Positions 12,991 to 24,749 of a DNA stretch of 64,000 nt are shown piece by piece; within the stretch, counting starts at the first letter, position 1; each line of letters starts with the position of its first letter. Made by a program: the position numbers and the translations under genes. The notes under the pieces are model-generated. The model did not search any database. It was not told the origin of the DNA and saw only the letters and a program-made list of their open reading frames with translations. Source of the stretch: Eutreptiella sp. 'Long Island Sound 2002' (lineage: Eukaryota > Protista > Euglenida); NCBI GenBank assembly GCA_964036045.1, contig OZ038378.1, positions 175,646,001-175,710,000 of the forward strand, read 5' to 3'.

Positions 12991-14066
12991 GAAAAGTTTA
13001 CCCTCTTCTCTCACGCTGCATCCCATAGCACTCAGCAGCACCTGGCAGCAGAAGCCACTCGGTGGACTGAGACCGGAGACCACTGGTTGACCAACGCCCC
13101 GGGCTCAGAAAGAGCGCCATTTGGCTGCGGAGGCCAACTATGTCCGCCGCCTCCTTCTCAAGGGGAAACACGCCCATTCCCCCGACGGTATGACTGCGAG
13201 CGGGCGTGCTCCCATGATAGGCGGGATTCGTGTGTGGTACAGCTCACTGGGTCTCCACTGCGACAAGCCCACCATACAGACGCCATACAACTTATGGGAT
13301 CTCATGTTCGCTGGAATGCTGCATTCACAGACGACGGCTCATTCTCCCCCTGCACATTGGCCCAGGGCGTGTTTTTCGGCGCGTCCCACATCTGCCCTCT
13401 CTTCTCCTTGTTACACAACACCTTACCTTCACAGTCCTTGACAGGTGGGCTCCTCGGAGCCGTGGCAGATCACACCTCTGCATAATGTGTACAGTAGCAG
13501 GGAGTCCCTCCCCCCAATGGCGTCCCTACATGGGGACATGCCTCGCACGCATGAAGCTGAAAGTTTACCAATTCTTGCTGTACATATGATCTGGGCCTGG
13601 GCGCCCATTCCAGCAAAAATACAGTATTTCGACCAGGCCAGAAAGAAAGAAAAATGTTGAGGCACATTTTTGCCTCATAAGATGATGGTTTTCATGGGTT
13701 ATGGGCAGATGTGGATGCCTTTGAAGAAGATAATGACAAAGCATCAAGAAGTGCACCAGAACACAATTCATCATTGTCACTATCTTCTCCAGAGGCACCC
13801 TCATCTGTCCATAACCCATGATACTCGCTTTACCCAGAGCAGAGCAAGGCTTGAAATAGCATTCCAGCATTTTTTTTTTGCGGTGGAAACTTCACACTGC
13901 GTGCAAGGCTGCTTGCATAGGCGTTCCCTTGGACACCCACGCATCAGCATGGGCTTGTCTGGGGGGCTCTTAACATGGGCACCCCATTGGAACACGTGTT
14001 TTCTGCAGCCCACATTTGGACAACGGGGCGGTATGGAGGCTTCCTAGAAAACCATCCCCAGCATCC

Positions 14067-14330
14067 TTACCGTACCTGCATGCTTTCAAACAATGCCGAC
14101 CTCATCTCATCAATGGTGACGTTGAGCCGCAAAGCCATGGGCATTAGGTGCAACCGGGTGGTTAGAGCTGCCGGGAAGTGCTGCCGGGTCAGATGCTGGA
14201 AGTCTTGCCAACTCCAAGGGGCACTCGGCACAATGGCTGATTCGCTAGGCTCGCATTTCATGGAGGACATGTGGTGGAGGACCCTTCCTCCCAGGGACTC
14301 TGAACAAGAAAATGCTGTGAAAATAAAGAA
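14067..14330 (-). pseudogene. Possible decayed non-LTR RT N-terminal fragment
   Basis: VTIDEMRSALFESM resembles the it.eEv..al..m motif that precedes LINE RT cores; stops follow. Confidence 0.25.
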
Positions 14331-16139
14331 AGGAATAGATACGAGGAAACGGGCAAAAATCAAAACAGTTCGAGCAGAAAGGACACCATTTGGGACTTTG
14401 GGGGGGGGGGGGGCATGCTGAGACTGCGGTGTTGGCTGGCTGCAAACATCAGCAATAATCATGTCCATCTCTTGTGCAAGCATAGCAGGATGGGGCAATG
14501 AAGGCATCGAAGCATGACGTAATTGATTGGCTGACAAGTTCCAATCTCTTGCGAAAAGTGTGGGAGCCGTTGATACCAATCCTAAACTGCAACCAACAGG
14601 AGGCTAACACTGAATTTTCCCTACATTGGCCAAGTTGTTGCACTAAGTGGGCACTGCGTGGGCACTGCGTGCACCTGCCAACAAACTCACCCAAGATCGC
14701 CTGCCACCTGTCTGCTAGCACAGCAAATGGTCAAAGCCCACAGGATAACAACCAACACACACGTTCATGCCAGTGTACACATGATTCGGCGCATGCACTA
14801 TAGACGCTGTGATTTCATTACCACCCCTGCGTTCCTGGTCTGAGAGCCCCAGAGCACACTTTGGTTGTCCAAGAACAACAACAGCCGGGGCGGATCTTGG
14901 GCAACCCCTCGCTTCACCACTGCTGCCAACTCCAAGACCTGCTGGGTCACCCACCACTGGAACCTTCAAGGAGGACCAACCCTGTAAACAACACAGCAGC
15001 CCCAATCTTACTGGTGAGCCAGCATGCACAGCCTCAAAACAGTGTGTGGCGGGGCTCATAAAACAATCCAGCAAAGGGTTTTTGAGATGAATTGGTGGTT
15101 GGCTCGTGCAATGCGGACCTCAGAGCACGTGTGCTACAGGGCTGGCTAGAAAACGATGTGCCTAAATGTGCCTCAATGCGCCCCAATTTGGAGTGCTTCT
15201 GTCACATGCCAGCTTCCAGACCAACTAAAAGCACAGGGTACCCCAAAACGGTTATGCCAAAATTACAACAATGGGACAGCAAAAGCACAAACGTGCTGAA
15301 TTTGATGTGCCAACATATTGTCATTTTACACAAGATGGTTTCTTACTGTTGTAGTACAGCATTAGTATAGCTTGGTCCCTATGAGTAACTTACTGGAACC
15401 TACAACATCCAACTTTGTACAAACATCCATTACTTTGGCCCAAATGGTCTGGAGTTTGCTAATTGGGATGCCATATAGAGAACTGTCTATTCTCAACTTC
15501 TGTCAATGTCAATCTATGACAGTTTGGCAAAATTGGGAGCAAATCGAAGGAGATAGTATCAAGTGGAAGCAAGTAGGACCAACAAGGAGCAAATAAGTGA
15601 TTGGGAGCCATTGGAACCAAGCAGAAGCTAGTTGAAGTAGACCCGCCATGTCAATGGCCCAGGCCATGTTTCTTCTTTCGAAGGGGGGGGGGGGGCATTG
15701 ACAAGGGGGGCAATGTTTCTTCTTTCGAGAGCAGGGGTCCATTGACATGCGCATGGGGGGTCCATTGACTCGAATTCTCGTCAAAAGTCTAGAAGAATTC
15801 TTTGTACCCTGTGCAATCGCTTCAAATGTGGTTTGGAGATATGCTTTGGACCTCTTGCATCTTCACGATGGCTGTAGAGCTCATGTTAGCACTTTTTTTT
15901 TTGTTTACACTGTTTTGACCTTTTGTCGTCTTGCATATTTGTGGGTGCAGTGGTTGCATATAGGTGCATGTCACCGCAACCCCGGACAACCACACCATTC
16001 CTTGACAGCTGCAACTGGGGATGAAATGCTTTGAGACAACTCTAGACCTCAAGACATACCTTCAAATGAACACAAAAATGTTGTGTGCCCATCACATGCC
16101 ACAGTAGAGGCCAATGGACACCCACACTTCGGTGTGGCC

Positions 16140-16350
16140 CATTGAGGGGTGGTTATGGACGTGCTTGCTTCAGTTTGCCCCCTCCAGTTGGGGTGATGGG
16201 GTCCCAACCTTTAGTGTTCTCCCTCAAATTGGGGTGATGGACTCCCACACGTCAATGTGGCCCCGCAACTTCAGGTGATGAACTCCCACAGTTGGGTGTG
16301 GCCCCATGGGTTGGGGTGATGGACTTCCACACTACAATGTGTCCACAAAG
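16140..16350. repeat. Degenerate tandem repeat (ggggtgatggactcccaca..gtgtggcccc units)
   Basis: ggtgatg recurs about five times at 30-45 bp spacing. Confidence 0.65.
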
Positions 16351-17789
16351 AAACCGGCAAAAATAAGGGAACTTTTTGTGTTATTTGGTGGAAAATTGTT
16401 GGGGGGGGAGGGGGCATGATTTTTTTTCGAAGGGGGGGGGGGATCCATTGACTAGGGGACCATGTTTCTTATTTTGAAGAGGGGCCTCCATTGGCATGGG
16501 GGGTCCATCAACATGAGGAGGGGGTGGTAAGTGGGAGCAAGTAGGAGCAAGAAGCAGCCCACAAAATTTTTAAGGTGGCCTTGAGGAGGCAAGGGACGAG
16601 AAAGGCGTTGAGGACCAAGGATTGAGACAGAATACACTGTGAAAATGAGATGACATGACTGGATTGCCTGTGGCATGGGGGCATTCGGTAGCCCAGTATC
16701 CATTGCTTCATCACCATGGGGGATTTTGGCCGCTTTTAGTTTGGGGAAGAGTCCGTGTCATAGACCCAGCAGGCGGCTTGCCTGTGCTATGCACCCAGTT
16801 GTCCCAAGTACACCCCTTTGAAAGCTATAGATGGGTTTCACGTAGCCTTTGTTGGTGCGTTTCGCCACACATAAGCAGTGGGGACAAAAAAGGAGGAGGT
16901 TGTTGGAGGTAGTGAGATATGCATGTACAATGCTTTAAACAACCTACGGGGACCTAATTGGAGGAAGAGGTAGACAAGAAGATGGTGGTACTAAAAGACT
17001 ATTTTCATGCCCAGGGATATAATGCACACAGTGTTCAGTTGGTGCAGAGGGTATTGTATGTCAGTGAATGGTGGGGGGCACTGTGTTGTTAATAATTAGA
17101 TAAGGGCAGCGGTGGTTGTCACAAAAGTTGAGATACTCCATGTGGATACCTGTTGAGCATTGGTAAACCAAAAAGTTATCATGGCTATAGCTAGAAATTG
17201 AGTTCTGGTTAAGGCAGAGTTCATTAGTGGAAAGCATTTGGATGGGTGGTGACACGTTTAACTATCACGCATATCGGATGTGTATGTTGATCTATTGCCA
17301 CCATCGCTCTCTACAAAGGAGAGAATACAACCTCAGCTCAATGTGCAAAGCAAGGTCGGAAACCGTTCTAATGTGGTTTTGTTTGGGGTACATTAAGCGA
17401 AAAGCAGCTGAGCCCCAATGCCCACACGTCCATCAAGTGACACAGATAATGGATGCATGTATCAATTTCCACACTGCGTCCAATGCTCCTGCTTATCCTG
17501 AAGGTGCGCTGCAGGGCGCATGCACCACCCACCCACTCTTCTACTACAAGCACATGTGGCTTCCCACTGAAGACAAACTCCTATTCCCATCTTCCAAAGC
17601 ACCCCTTCCAACAATGCCAAACGGAGCTGTTTGAGTCCAATGTTGGACAACAACTAGGCTATGTGGTTTGGTGGGCGTTTCAGTAGAATGGAGGTGTTTG
17701 TTGGCATCTATGCCATGCCCGCACAAGCCTGGTATCTACTCAATCAGAGAGCCTTTTGTTGTGATTGTTTGTACACATGTGGACCCAAG

Positions 17790-18103
17790 ACAATTACCTG
17801 CGGTGTGACATATGCCACACATACATTTACATGGATCAACACCCGGACCACCGCCGGGCGTGTGGCCGCATCGAGCCTAAAGTGGATGAGGGGCTCAAGA
17901 AAATTGTGAAGGACCAGCTCGATGGAGGAGTGGAACAGAAGGAGCGCCAGATGCAACGTGCGCTGCGTGCGGAGCAGCGGTCGGGGTACGATGCGCGGCA
18001 GCGCATTGAGGCACGGGCTGACGAGCTGCTGGCGAAACGTGCGATGGAATCTGGACCAATGGCACCGGCCCGGGCAGAGTCGCACAAGGCACACCCAAAT
18101 TAA
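17790..18103 (+). CDS. Exon-like ORF with a C2HC zinc-finger-like motif and coiled coil; stop codon at the retroelement junction
   Basis: CDIC..x11..H...C (CDICHTYIYMDQHPDHRRAC) followed by an E/R/Q-rich helix; cccaag| acceptor; TAA at 18101-18103. Confidence 0.55.
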
Positions 18104-18800
18104 CGTATTTACCCAAGAAAAAAATCTCAGTAACTAGCTCCAGGGTGTTTTTGGCTGACACGAGGAATCCCGCCCCGCACCACACGCGCCGTGGTAGCTC
18201 GCAACCGCACCGGGTCCGGTCCCAAGATCAAGAAGTCATCCAGGTAGTGAAGCACATAACCGTCCGGTATGAGGGGCCGCACTATACGGCCCATGGCTGT
18301 CTGGCAAAACACTGGGGAGTGTTTCCACCCGAAAGGCCGCCGGGACATACAAAAAATCCTATCCTCACCCTCCCACCGCAAACGGAAACGAAAAGCCCTC
18401 GCATATTGTCGCGGCAATGTAAAACTGCAAAAGGCATTTTTCAAATCAACATGCGTACAAAACAATGGTCTATCCGCCGGCCATTCCGCCACCTTGTGCA
18501 AAATTTGCTCCCACCCATACAAAGAAAACGATGCCGGCTTCTGCAAACCCTCATTCAAAAATTAGCGACACTTTCTCGGTGGTTTTGGGCATTATGAAAG
18601 GCTAACATGTTGCCCTCGGAGGGCAGCCCCTATCCATAATGCTCACCACCCCCGCATTGAGAAGCCAACGAACCATGGGTAAAACCATGTCCTCCCGAGT
18701 CGAGGAGTAAACATTGCGAGGCAAGGAAAACTCCGCAACAGAGGCCTCAAAATCCACAGGGGCTAGCCCACGCCACAACTCATCACGTATCTCATAAGTA
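18095..18800 (-). pseudogene. DIRS/VIPER-type reverse transcriptase (disrupted)
   Basis: PFIMPK, HVDLKNAF, PFGWKHSP, HYLDDFLILG and GFLVSAKNTLE...FLGKYVN motifs. In-frame TAG at 18604-18602; frameshifts near 18560 and 18185. Confidence 0.88.
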
Positions 18801-19796
18801 CCTACGGTACCCAGCCCTTGCCCAACCAACTGAGGATCCACCTTACCCAATTGGGGTACGGGGGATGTGGACAGGTACAACAGCGCATCCCAGAAGTCCG
18901 AAGCAAAATCCTTCAAGACATCAAAAATGATATCCGGCGCAGACGTGAGTTGAAAATCTTCACATGTGACGAACATCCGCAGGACAAACACATGCAAGCG
19001 CCGCATACGCAACAACACACTCCAAGACAACGCCCCGCGAAGCCAGGGCAGGAAAGAAAAGAACAAACTCAAAAAACTAAAAAATTGGGGCACTGGTTCA
19101 GACCTAACATACAACGGGTCGCACCGACACAATGGCCGAAGACCCTGATCCGACGGGGCAAGCACTTGCAAGGACCCCCGCGCCGATCTTAGCACTGGGT
19201 CACAGGCAGATGGGATTCCGCGAATCACTCCCCGAGGGGGACGAACTTCTAAGAGACCCCTCCATCTCCCTCACTGGACCCCGCTCCTGTGCCCTTGCCT
19301 TGACGCTTACTTTCGGGATGCGAAGCCGCTTTGCTAGCAGGTCCGCCTGAAAGCGCTTGGGGGTAGGTCGACGGGTCCTTGCAGAACGCAAGCCCACCGC
19401 CGCGCTCGCCGCATGATGCCGTCAGGCAAGTAGGGAATGGCCCAGACCAACGACCCTCCTCTTGACTCTCGGCGCGCCGGTGTCAGCTCCTCCCGCTATA
19501 CCGACTCCCGGTGCTTGGACAGTCGCCCTGGCACGTCTCGCACGCTTTCCTCCCACCCCGGTCGGAGGCTGAGATCCTGGTGTGAACTTTGCGGAGACGG
19601 TCTCTGGCGCTGTGGTCGTGGCAGGGGCGGCTGGTGCAATCCTGGCAGACGTCGGTGACTGTCTAGACTCTGACGACGTGGACAAAGCAGCCGTTGAATC
19701 GGAATGAGACCCAGCGTCATCCATCTCCTTCTGAGCTTCCGCCACATCCATATCAGCAAGAGATACAGTAGGCCCCGCATGGACAAGTACAGGTAT

Positions 19797-20804
19797 CTAC
19801 GACCCAGCACTTTTGGCCGACCTCCCGAATTTGGCATACATGGCGTCGCCCCACAGGTCCACCAAGAGCACAACCAACCCGCCATCAGCAGCTTGGACGC
19901 CAACGGGCCACGGCAGCTCCAATTCCCCAACGACCGCACGGTCGGAGCACCCCACACCGTACTCCAAAGCCGTGGCCAGCCGGCGCCACCGCCCCCACCA
20001 AACAAAATAGGGGACTTTGGGGGAGCGGTGGAAGGTAGCCCCCCCCCCCCCCCCCGCCGCAGGCTGTGCCATCGGTGACCCGCGTACGGGGAGTCGCAGA
20101 GGAGGTCCGCGAAGGTCTTCTCCACTGCCTCAACTCCTCCCCGAACCAATGGCTGACCTTCAGGGATGCAACAAGCCTGGGCATAGGCCCTGAGGAAACG
20201 GATCCAAGACCGTCCCCACCCATAGAGCGGCTTCCGCACCTCTTGATGACCACCAACTTTGGTTGTGACGAACAGGACCACGGAGTCGCTCGCCAAGCCT
20301 GCTGGTGTGATGGACATCGTTTCACCAACTCTGAGGAAAAGCAACCAATTGAGGCAAGCAAGGGCTGCCACAGCTTGTTCTTTCAGCGACGATGCTCTGG
20401 ACCAGAGGAGACGGAGCTCGCATGGTCCCATGTACGGCTGCCCAGGCGTGGGCTTACCCGACTTCGCAAGCCTCACTATTTGCCCCGGCACACACCGGAA
20501 GCAGTCTGACATCCTCAACAGCCCGCACGGCTGAGACGTATCCTCGGATGGTTGACCTGGCCTGCCCCATACTGACCCGCCACGCCAAGAACGCAGACAG
20601 CGTGTCGGTAAGCGACGACTGCAGTGCCCTTATCCCCTCGAAGCCTGCCAAAGTGGACAACGCGGATCGGTACCTCATCTGGGTCTTGGGTGCCCATCCC
20701 CGCACGCCCACGGCTGCCACCCGATACGAGCCCTCGGCCGCCATCGCCATGGCCCAGCAGGCCGCCACCGCCCGGAAGGTCGGTCCTGGTGCATGGGAGG
20801 GCAC
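19797..20804 (-). pseudogene. Tyrosine recombinase (frameshifted)
   Basis: SAM-like N-domain (APKTQMRYRSAL...STIRGYVSAV), then LRVGE, TTKV, HSLRRGG, WGRW and ALEY catalytic motifs across three frames. Shifts near 20490 and in the poly-C run at about 20040-20056. Confidence 0.88.
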
Positions 20805-20891
20805 TGGCGCGTGGTTCCCAGCGACCGATCGTGAATCCGAACACCAGCAGGGCCATCCCCACCCGGTCCGGCTGCAAAGGCCACAAGCCCG

Positions 20892-21596
20892 TCAGGACCA
20901 GTGGGGGCATTGGAAATGCCAATGCCTCAATTGCTCTTGTGGGACATTTTCTCGTGCACATATTTGACAGTCACCCGATGACCTGGCTGATACCGGTATC
21001 CACCTCCCCTTCTTCGGCATCCAGTGAAGGACGCCCTGCCGCATGGTGAAATCAATGCCCTTGTACTTGAAGGACGAAACGCCCCTCTGGACGGCCTCGG
21101 ACTAGCTCAATGCATCCAGTGGGTTTGCTGAGTCCGCTCGGCTGCTGTCATCCGACACATAACGTTGGGCGTACGCGTGCTGCGAGTCCAGGATGATTCC
21201 CCATAGCATGTATGCCAGGCGGTCTCCTCGTGGACATTCCATGGCGTTGCCCATGACGTCCGACAGCCGAATAGGTGCAGCATCAGACGAGTGCACGTAA
21301 TCACGGAGGGCTTCGCCCGATTGCTGCATCCAACTTGCCACCCTGTCGCCTCCCAAAAATTGCTCCACCACCGCCACATTCAGGTCCGGTACAGCGTTGC
21401 GCTCAACGACCGCCAAACCCTCCAAGCGTGCCTGCACATGTCCAATAACTTCTTGTTGAGATTGCATGAGAGCTCTCAGCTCATCCGTAGACATCTGGCT
21501 GGTGTCGGGCAATGCTGAGCTGCTCCCAACGCCCAGTGGGCCGTGATTTGGGCCCTTAGATGATGAGCTTTTGAATGGAGATTTAAAAGCTTGCAT
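20892..21596 (-). pseudogene. Gag-like ORF with a C-terminal CCHC-like knuckle and one in-frame TAG
   Basis: ATG at 21596. Translating through the TAG at 21104-21102 gives SEAVQRG...CQICARENVPQEQLRHWHFQCPHWS, ending at TGA 20894-20892. Confidence 0.7.
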
Positions 21597-21689
21597 GCTG
21601 TGTCAACAACGACAGAATAAATTTTCAACAAATCTGTACACAACAGTACATGTGATCTCCTATTCAGAAAAACAAGTAGGCAAGTAAAA

Positions 21690-24600
21690 TAGGGGTTTCC
21701 ACCCCCTCAAAATTGCCCTAACCGACGCCTAGACCCCCGTGTCTAGGCCCTGTGGGCTGCGGCAAGCTGCAGCAGGTAGCCCATAGAGGTGGATGCCAAA
21801 ATGGGTCAACAAGGTCCACCGGGTTCAAAAAAAAGGCCTTTTTTCAAAAATGATCCTGGACCACATGGAATGCGAAAACAAGTGTTTTTGGTGCGTTTAG
21901 AGCTCGTGGTGGCCCATTTTGGCCCTCCTAAAATCCCCAAATGCCCTGAAAATGGGTTGTTTTGGGACAAAAAAATGGCTCAACATCGGCTCAAAGTTGG
22001 CCCATTCCACTTGTTCTTGCACTCCAAATAGTCCAAAAGTATCTTTGGAAAACCACATTTTTGATCCATTTTTGACCCACTTTTTGTCCCAAAACGGCCC
22101 ATTTTCAAGGCATTCTATGACTACAATCGCCAAAATGGCTTGCAATGGGCTCAAAAAGGGCTCATTTCACTTGTTTGTGCACCCCAAATGGTCTAGGATC
22201 ATTTTTGGAAAAACACTTTTTTGACCCATTTTTGACCCATTTTTTGGTCGCAAAACAACCCATTTTCAAGGCATTTTGTGACTTTGAAGGGGCCAAAATG
22301 GGTTGCATGGGCCCAAAATGGGCTCATTTCACTTGTTTAGTCATCCCAAATGGTCTAGGATCGTTTTTGAAAAAGCACATTTTTGACAAAAGGGCCTTGA
22401 AAATGGGCCAATTTGGGACCACAAATGGCTCAAAAATGGGTCAAAACCATGGTTTTCGCAAAAATGATTTAGGGGGAAACCTTGCACTGCGCGCACACTG
22501 CGTGCTACTTTTAGACTATGTTCCCCCCGAAGAGCCCCTAGGCACGCCCCTTGGAAACACCCTTAGAACTAGGAGACCCAAATTGGACTGGAGGGGACCT
22601 TGAGGGGGGCCTTCCCGGTCCTTGTGGCAGTGGTGAAGGACCAGGGGCCTTTGGGGGGGAACTTGACTGTGTGTTGGGCGGCGGAGATGGAGGGTAGTCA
22701 AGTGGCGAGTCTCAACTTGGGATGGCAAAGGAGATGGACTCCTTCTTGCATTGCCGATTCACCACTCTCAACCCATCTTGGTAGTATTCCAAGCGAAGGA
22801 GTCCATCTTCAGCCGTCCCAACCACCGTGGCAGGTCGCAGGCCATTGGAGCAGGTGTAGAACAACCTATCCCCAATACTACTGAGATTCATGGAGAAAGT
22901 GGGCCTGAGAAATGAGGAGGAAAGTATGATGTTTTGTAGCAGGCACCCTCAAACTGTATCACCATATCAATCAACCGTCAAAAAGAGTAGATGCGGTGGA
23001 AAAAATGTGTGGAAAAAAGTAGAAATGGGTGAACAGGGTGAACATCCAAAAATGCCAGATCCCCAATTCGTCAAAACCTACCACCAAACAACAATGATGC
23101 CCAAAGTACCACAAAGTATGGGTTTCTACTACAACCGGGCGCCCAAATAGTTGCACTGCGCACACAGTGCGCTTAAGGCGCCCCCCTAGTCTAGTTGAGG
23201 TGCCCAAACGGATGAATATAGCTCATTTTGAGCCCGTTTTTGGGCCTCTCTCATCCACTGTCTCGTGTGTGCCTCCTTTGTCGTTGAAGTCTCCTGGATC
23301 ATGTTCCTTCCCCCACCAGCTGGGTCCCAATATTCAGTCCTGGTCAGGTCTAGGGTATGGGCCAGGGCCCAGGTCGGGATTAGGGTCAGATTCACCTATT
23401 TTGGCACCCACCTCTTTCGGCTGCCTCTTGTAGCTTGCCGCGGCTTTTGGGGGCGTTTCGAGGAACATATTGTGCTGTTTGAGGACCCTAGAGGGCCCTT
23501 CAGCATGGAGAAGTCTAGATGCATTTGTAGAGTAGCCACTATTTCCCTTCTTTTGGCCATTTTCAACAGTTCTAGGGCGGCTTTGGGCAAAAAAAGACTG
23601 GTTTTGGCCCTAAATTGCAGATTTCGAATTGGAGGTCCGGTACTTGCGACGCCCGTTCCCGGCCGCCACCGTTCAGTTTCTGCCTCATACTTTGTGTGGT
23701 TGTCCCTCACGCCCATAGGTAGCATCCACCAAAATTTTGGCCAAATTCGAAGCACCATGATGGAGCTATGATTTTTGCCCATTTCGAGCGTGCTTGCTGC
23801 TTGCTTGCTTGCTTGCTGCTTGCTGCTTGTTGCTTGCTAAACCTGTTAGGTCCACCCTAGACACTAAAGAGGGTTATAAAACCAAGACTGGTTCCATAGC
23901 TCGGTGAATAGACCATATCTTGGGCTATGTTGCTCAAAACACGATTTCGAGTGCACCAAATCCACCCACAACCACCCCTCAAAATTGCCCTAACAGACGC
24001 CTAGACCCCCGTATCTAGGCCCAGTGGGGGCCCCCAAAAGCCCCAAAATTTGTGTTCATTGGCCGCTGACACCCCCAAACCAAAATAGACCATAGCCCAT
24101 CTTGGGCTACGTCGCTCAAAACACGATTTCGAGTGCACCTAATCCACCCGCAACCACCCACTTTTGGTGGTTTCCACCCCGCAAAATTGCCCCAACCGAT
24201 GCCTAGACCCCCGTATCTAGGCCTTGTGGGCTGCGGCAAGCTGCAACAGGAAGCCCAAAGAGGTGGGTGCCAAAATGGGTCAACAAGGTCCACCGGGTGC
24301 AAAAAAAAAATGACCTTTTTCAAAAATGATCCTGGACCACATGGAATGCCAAAACAAGTGCTTTTTGGCGCGTTTAGAGCTTGTGGTGGCCCGTTTTGGC
24401 CATCCTAAAAACCCAAAATGCCTTGAAAATGGGCTGTTTTGCGACCAAAAATGGGTCAAAAATGGGTCAAAAATGTGTTTCTCCATTTGGGGTGCACAAA
24501 CAAGTGAAATGAGCGCTTCGTGAGCCCATGGCAAGCCATTTTGGCCACTCCAAAATCACAAATTGCCTTGAAAATGGGCTATTTTTGGACCAAAAATCAG

Positions 24601-24740
24601 TCAAAAATGGATGAAAAATGTGTTACTTTTGGATTATTTGGGGTGCACAAACAAGTGGAATGAGCCCGTTTTGAGCCCATGTTGAGCAATTTTGGCGCCC
24701 CTCAAGGCCGAAAGGGCCTTGAAAATTCGGCAATTGGTCG
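21690..24740. repeat. Family A dispersed repeat, modules in both orientations
   Basis: About 23400-23900 is the reverse complement of about 62890-63360; about 23900-24450 matches 62230-62620 directly; caaaaatgggtcaaaaa subrepeats. Confidence 0.85.
22985..23188 (+). repeat. ~200-bp repeat ending in a GC hairpin plus CTAG (Helitron-like 3' end); second copy at 32410-32632
   Basis: Both copies share aacaacaat.atgccca.agta.cacaaagtatggg...ccaaatagttgcactgcgc; gcactg/cagtgc hairpin followed by cccctag|t. Confidence 0.6.
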
Positions 24741-24749
24741 CAGCATGTG

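Larger units (their letters stand above)
18095..21690 (-). mobile_element. Decayed tyrosine-recombinase retroelement with gag-YR-RT order (VIPER/TATE-like), 3'-truncated
   Basis: Gag-like ORF, then YR, then RT on the minus strand; no RNase H seen; several stops and frameshifts. Confidence 0.8.

Noticed and set aside
20039-20056. Programmed frameshift in the YR at the poly-C/G run
   Set aside because: Long homopolymers are abundant in this window and are error- and slippage-prone; the ORF has another independent frameshift.
21789-24534. Many 70-170 aa ORFs (KMGQKW, FDPFLTHF words), also at 60.6-63.8 kb
   Set aside because: Translations of family A repeats; frames are not conserved between copies.
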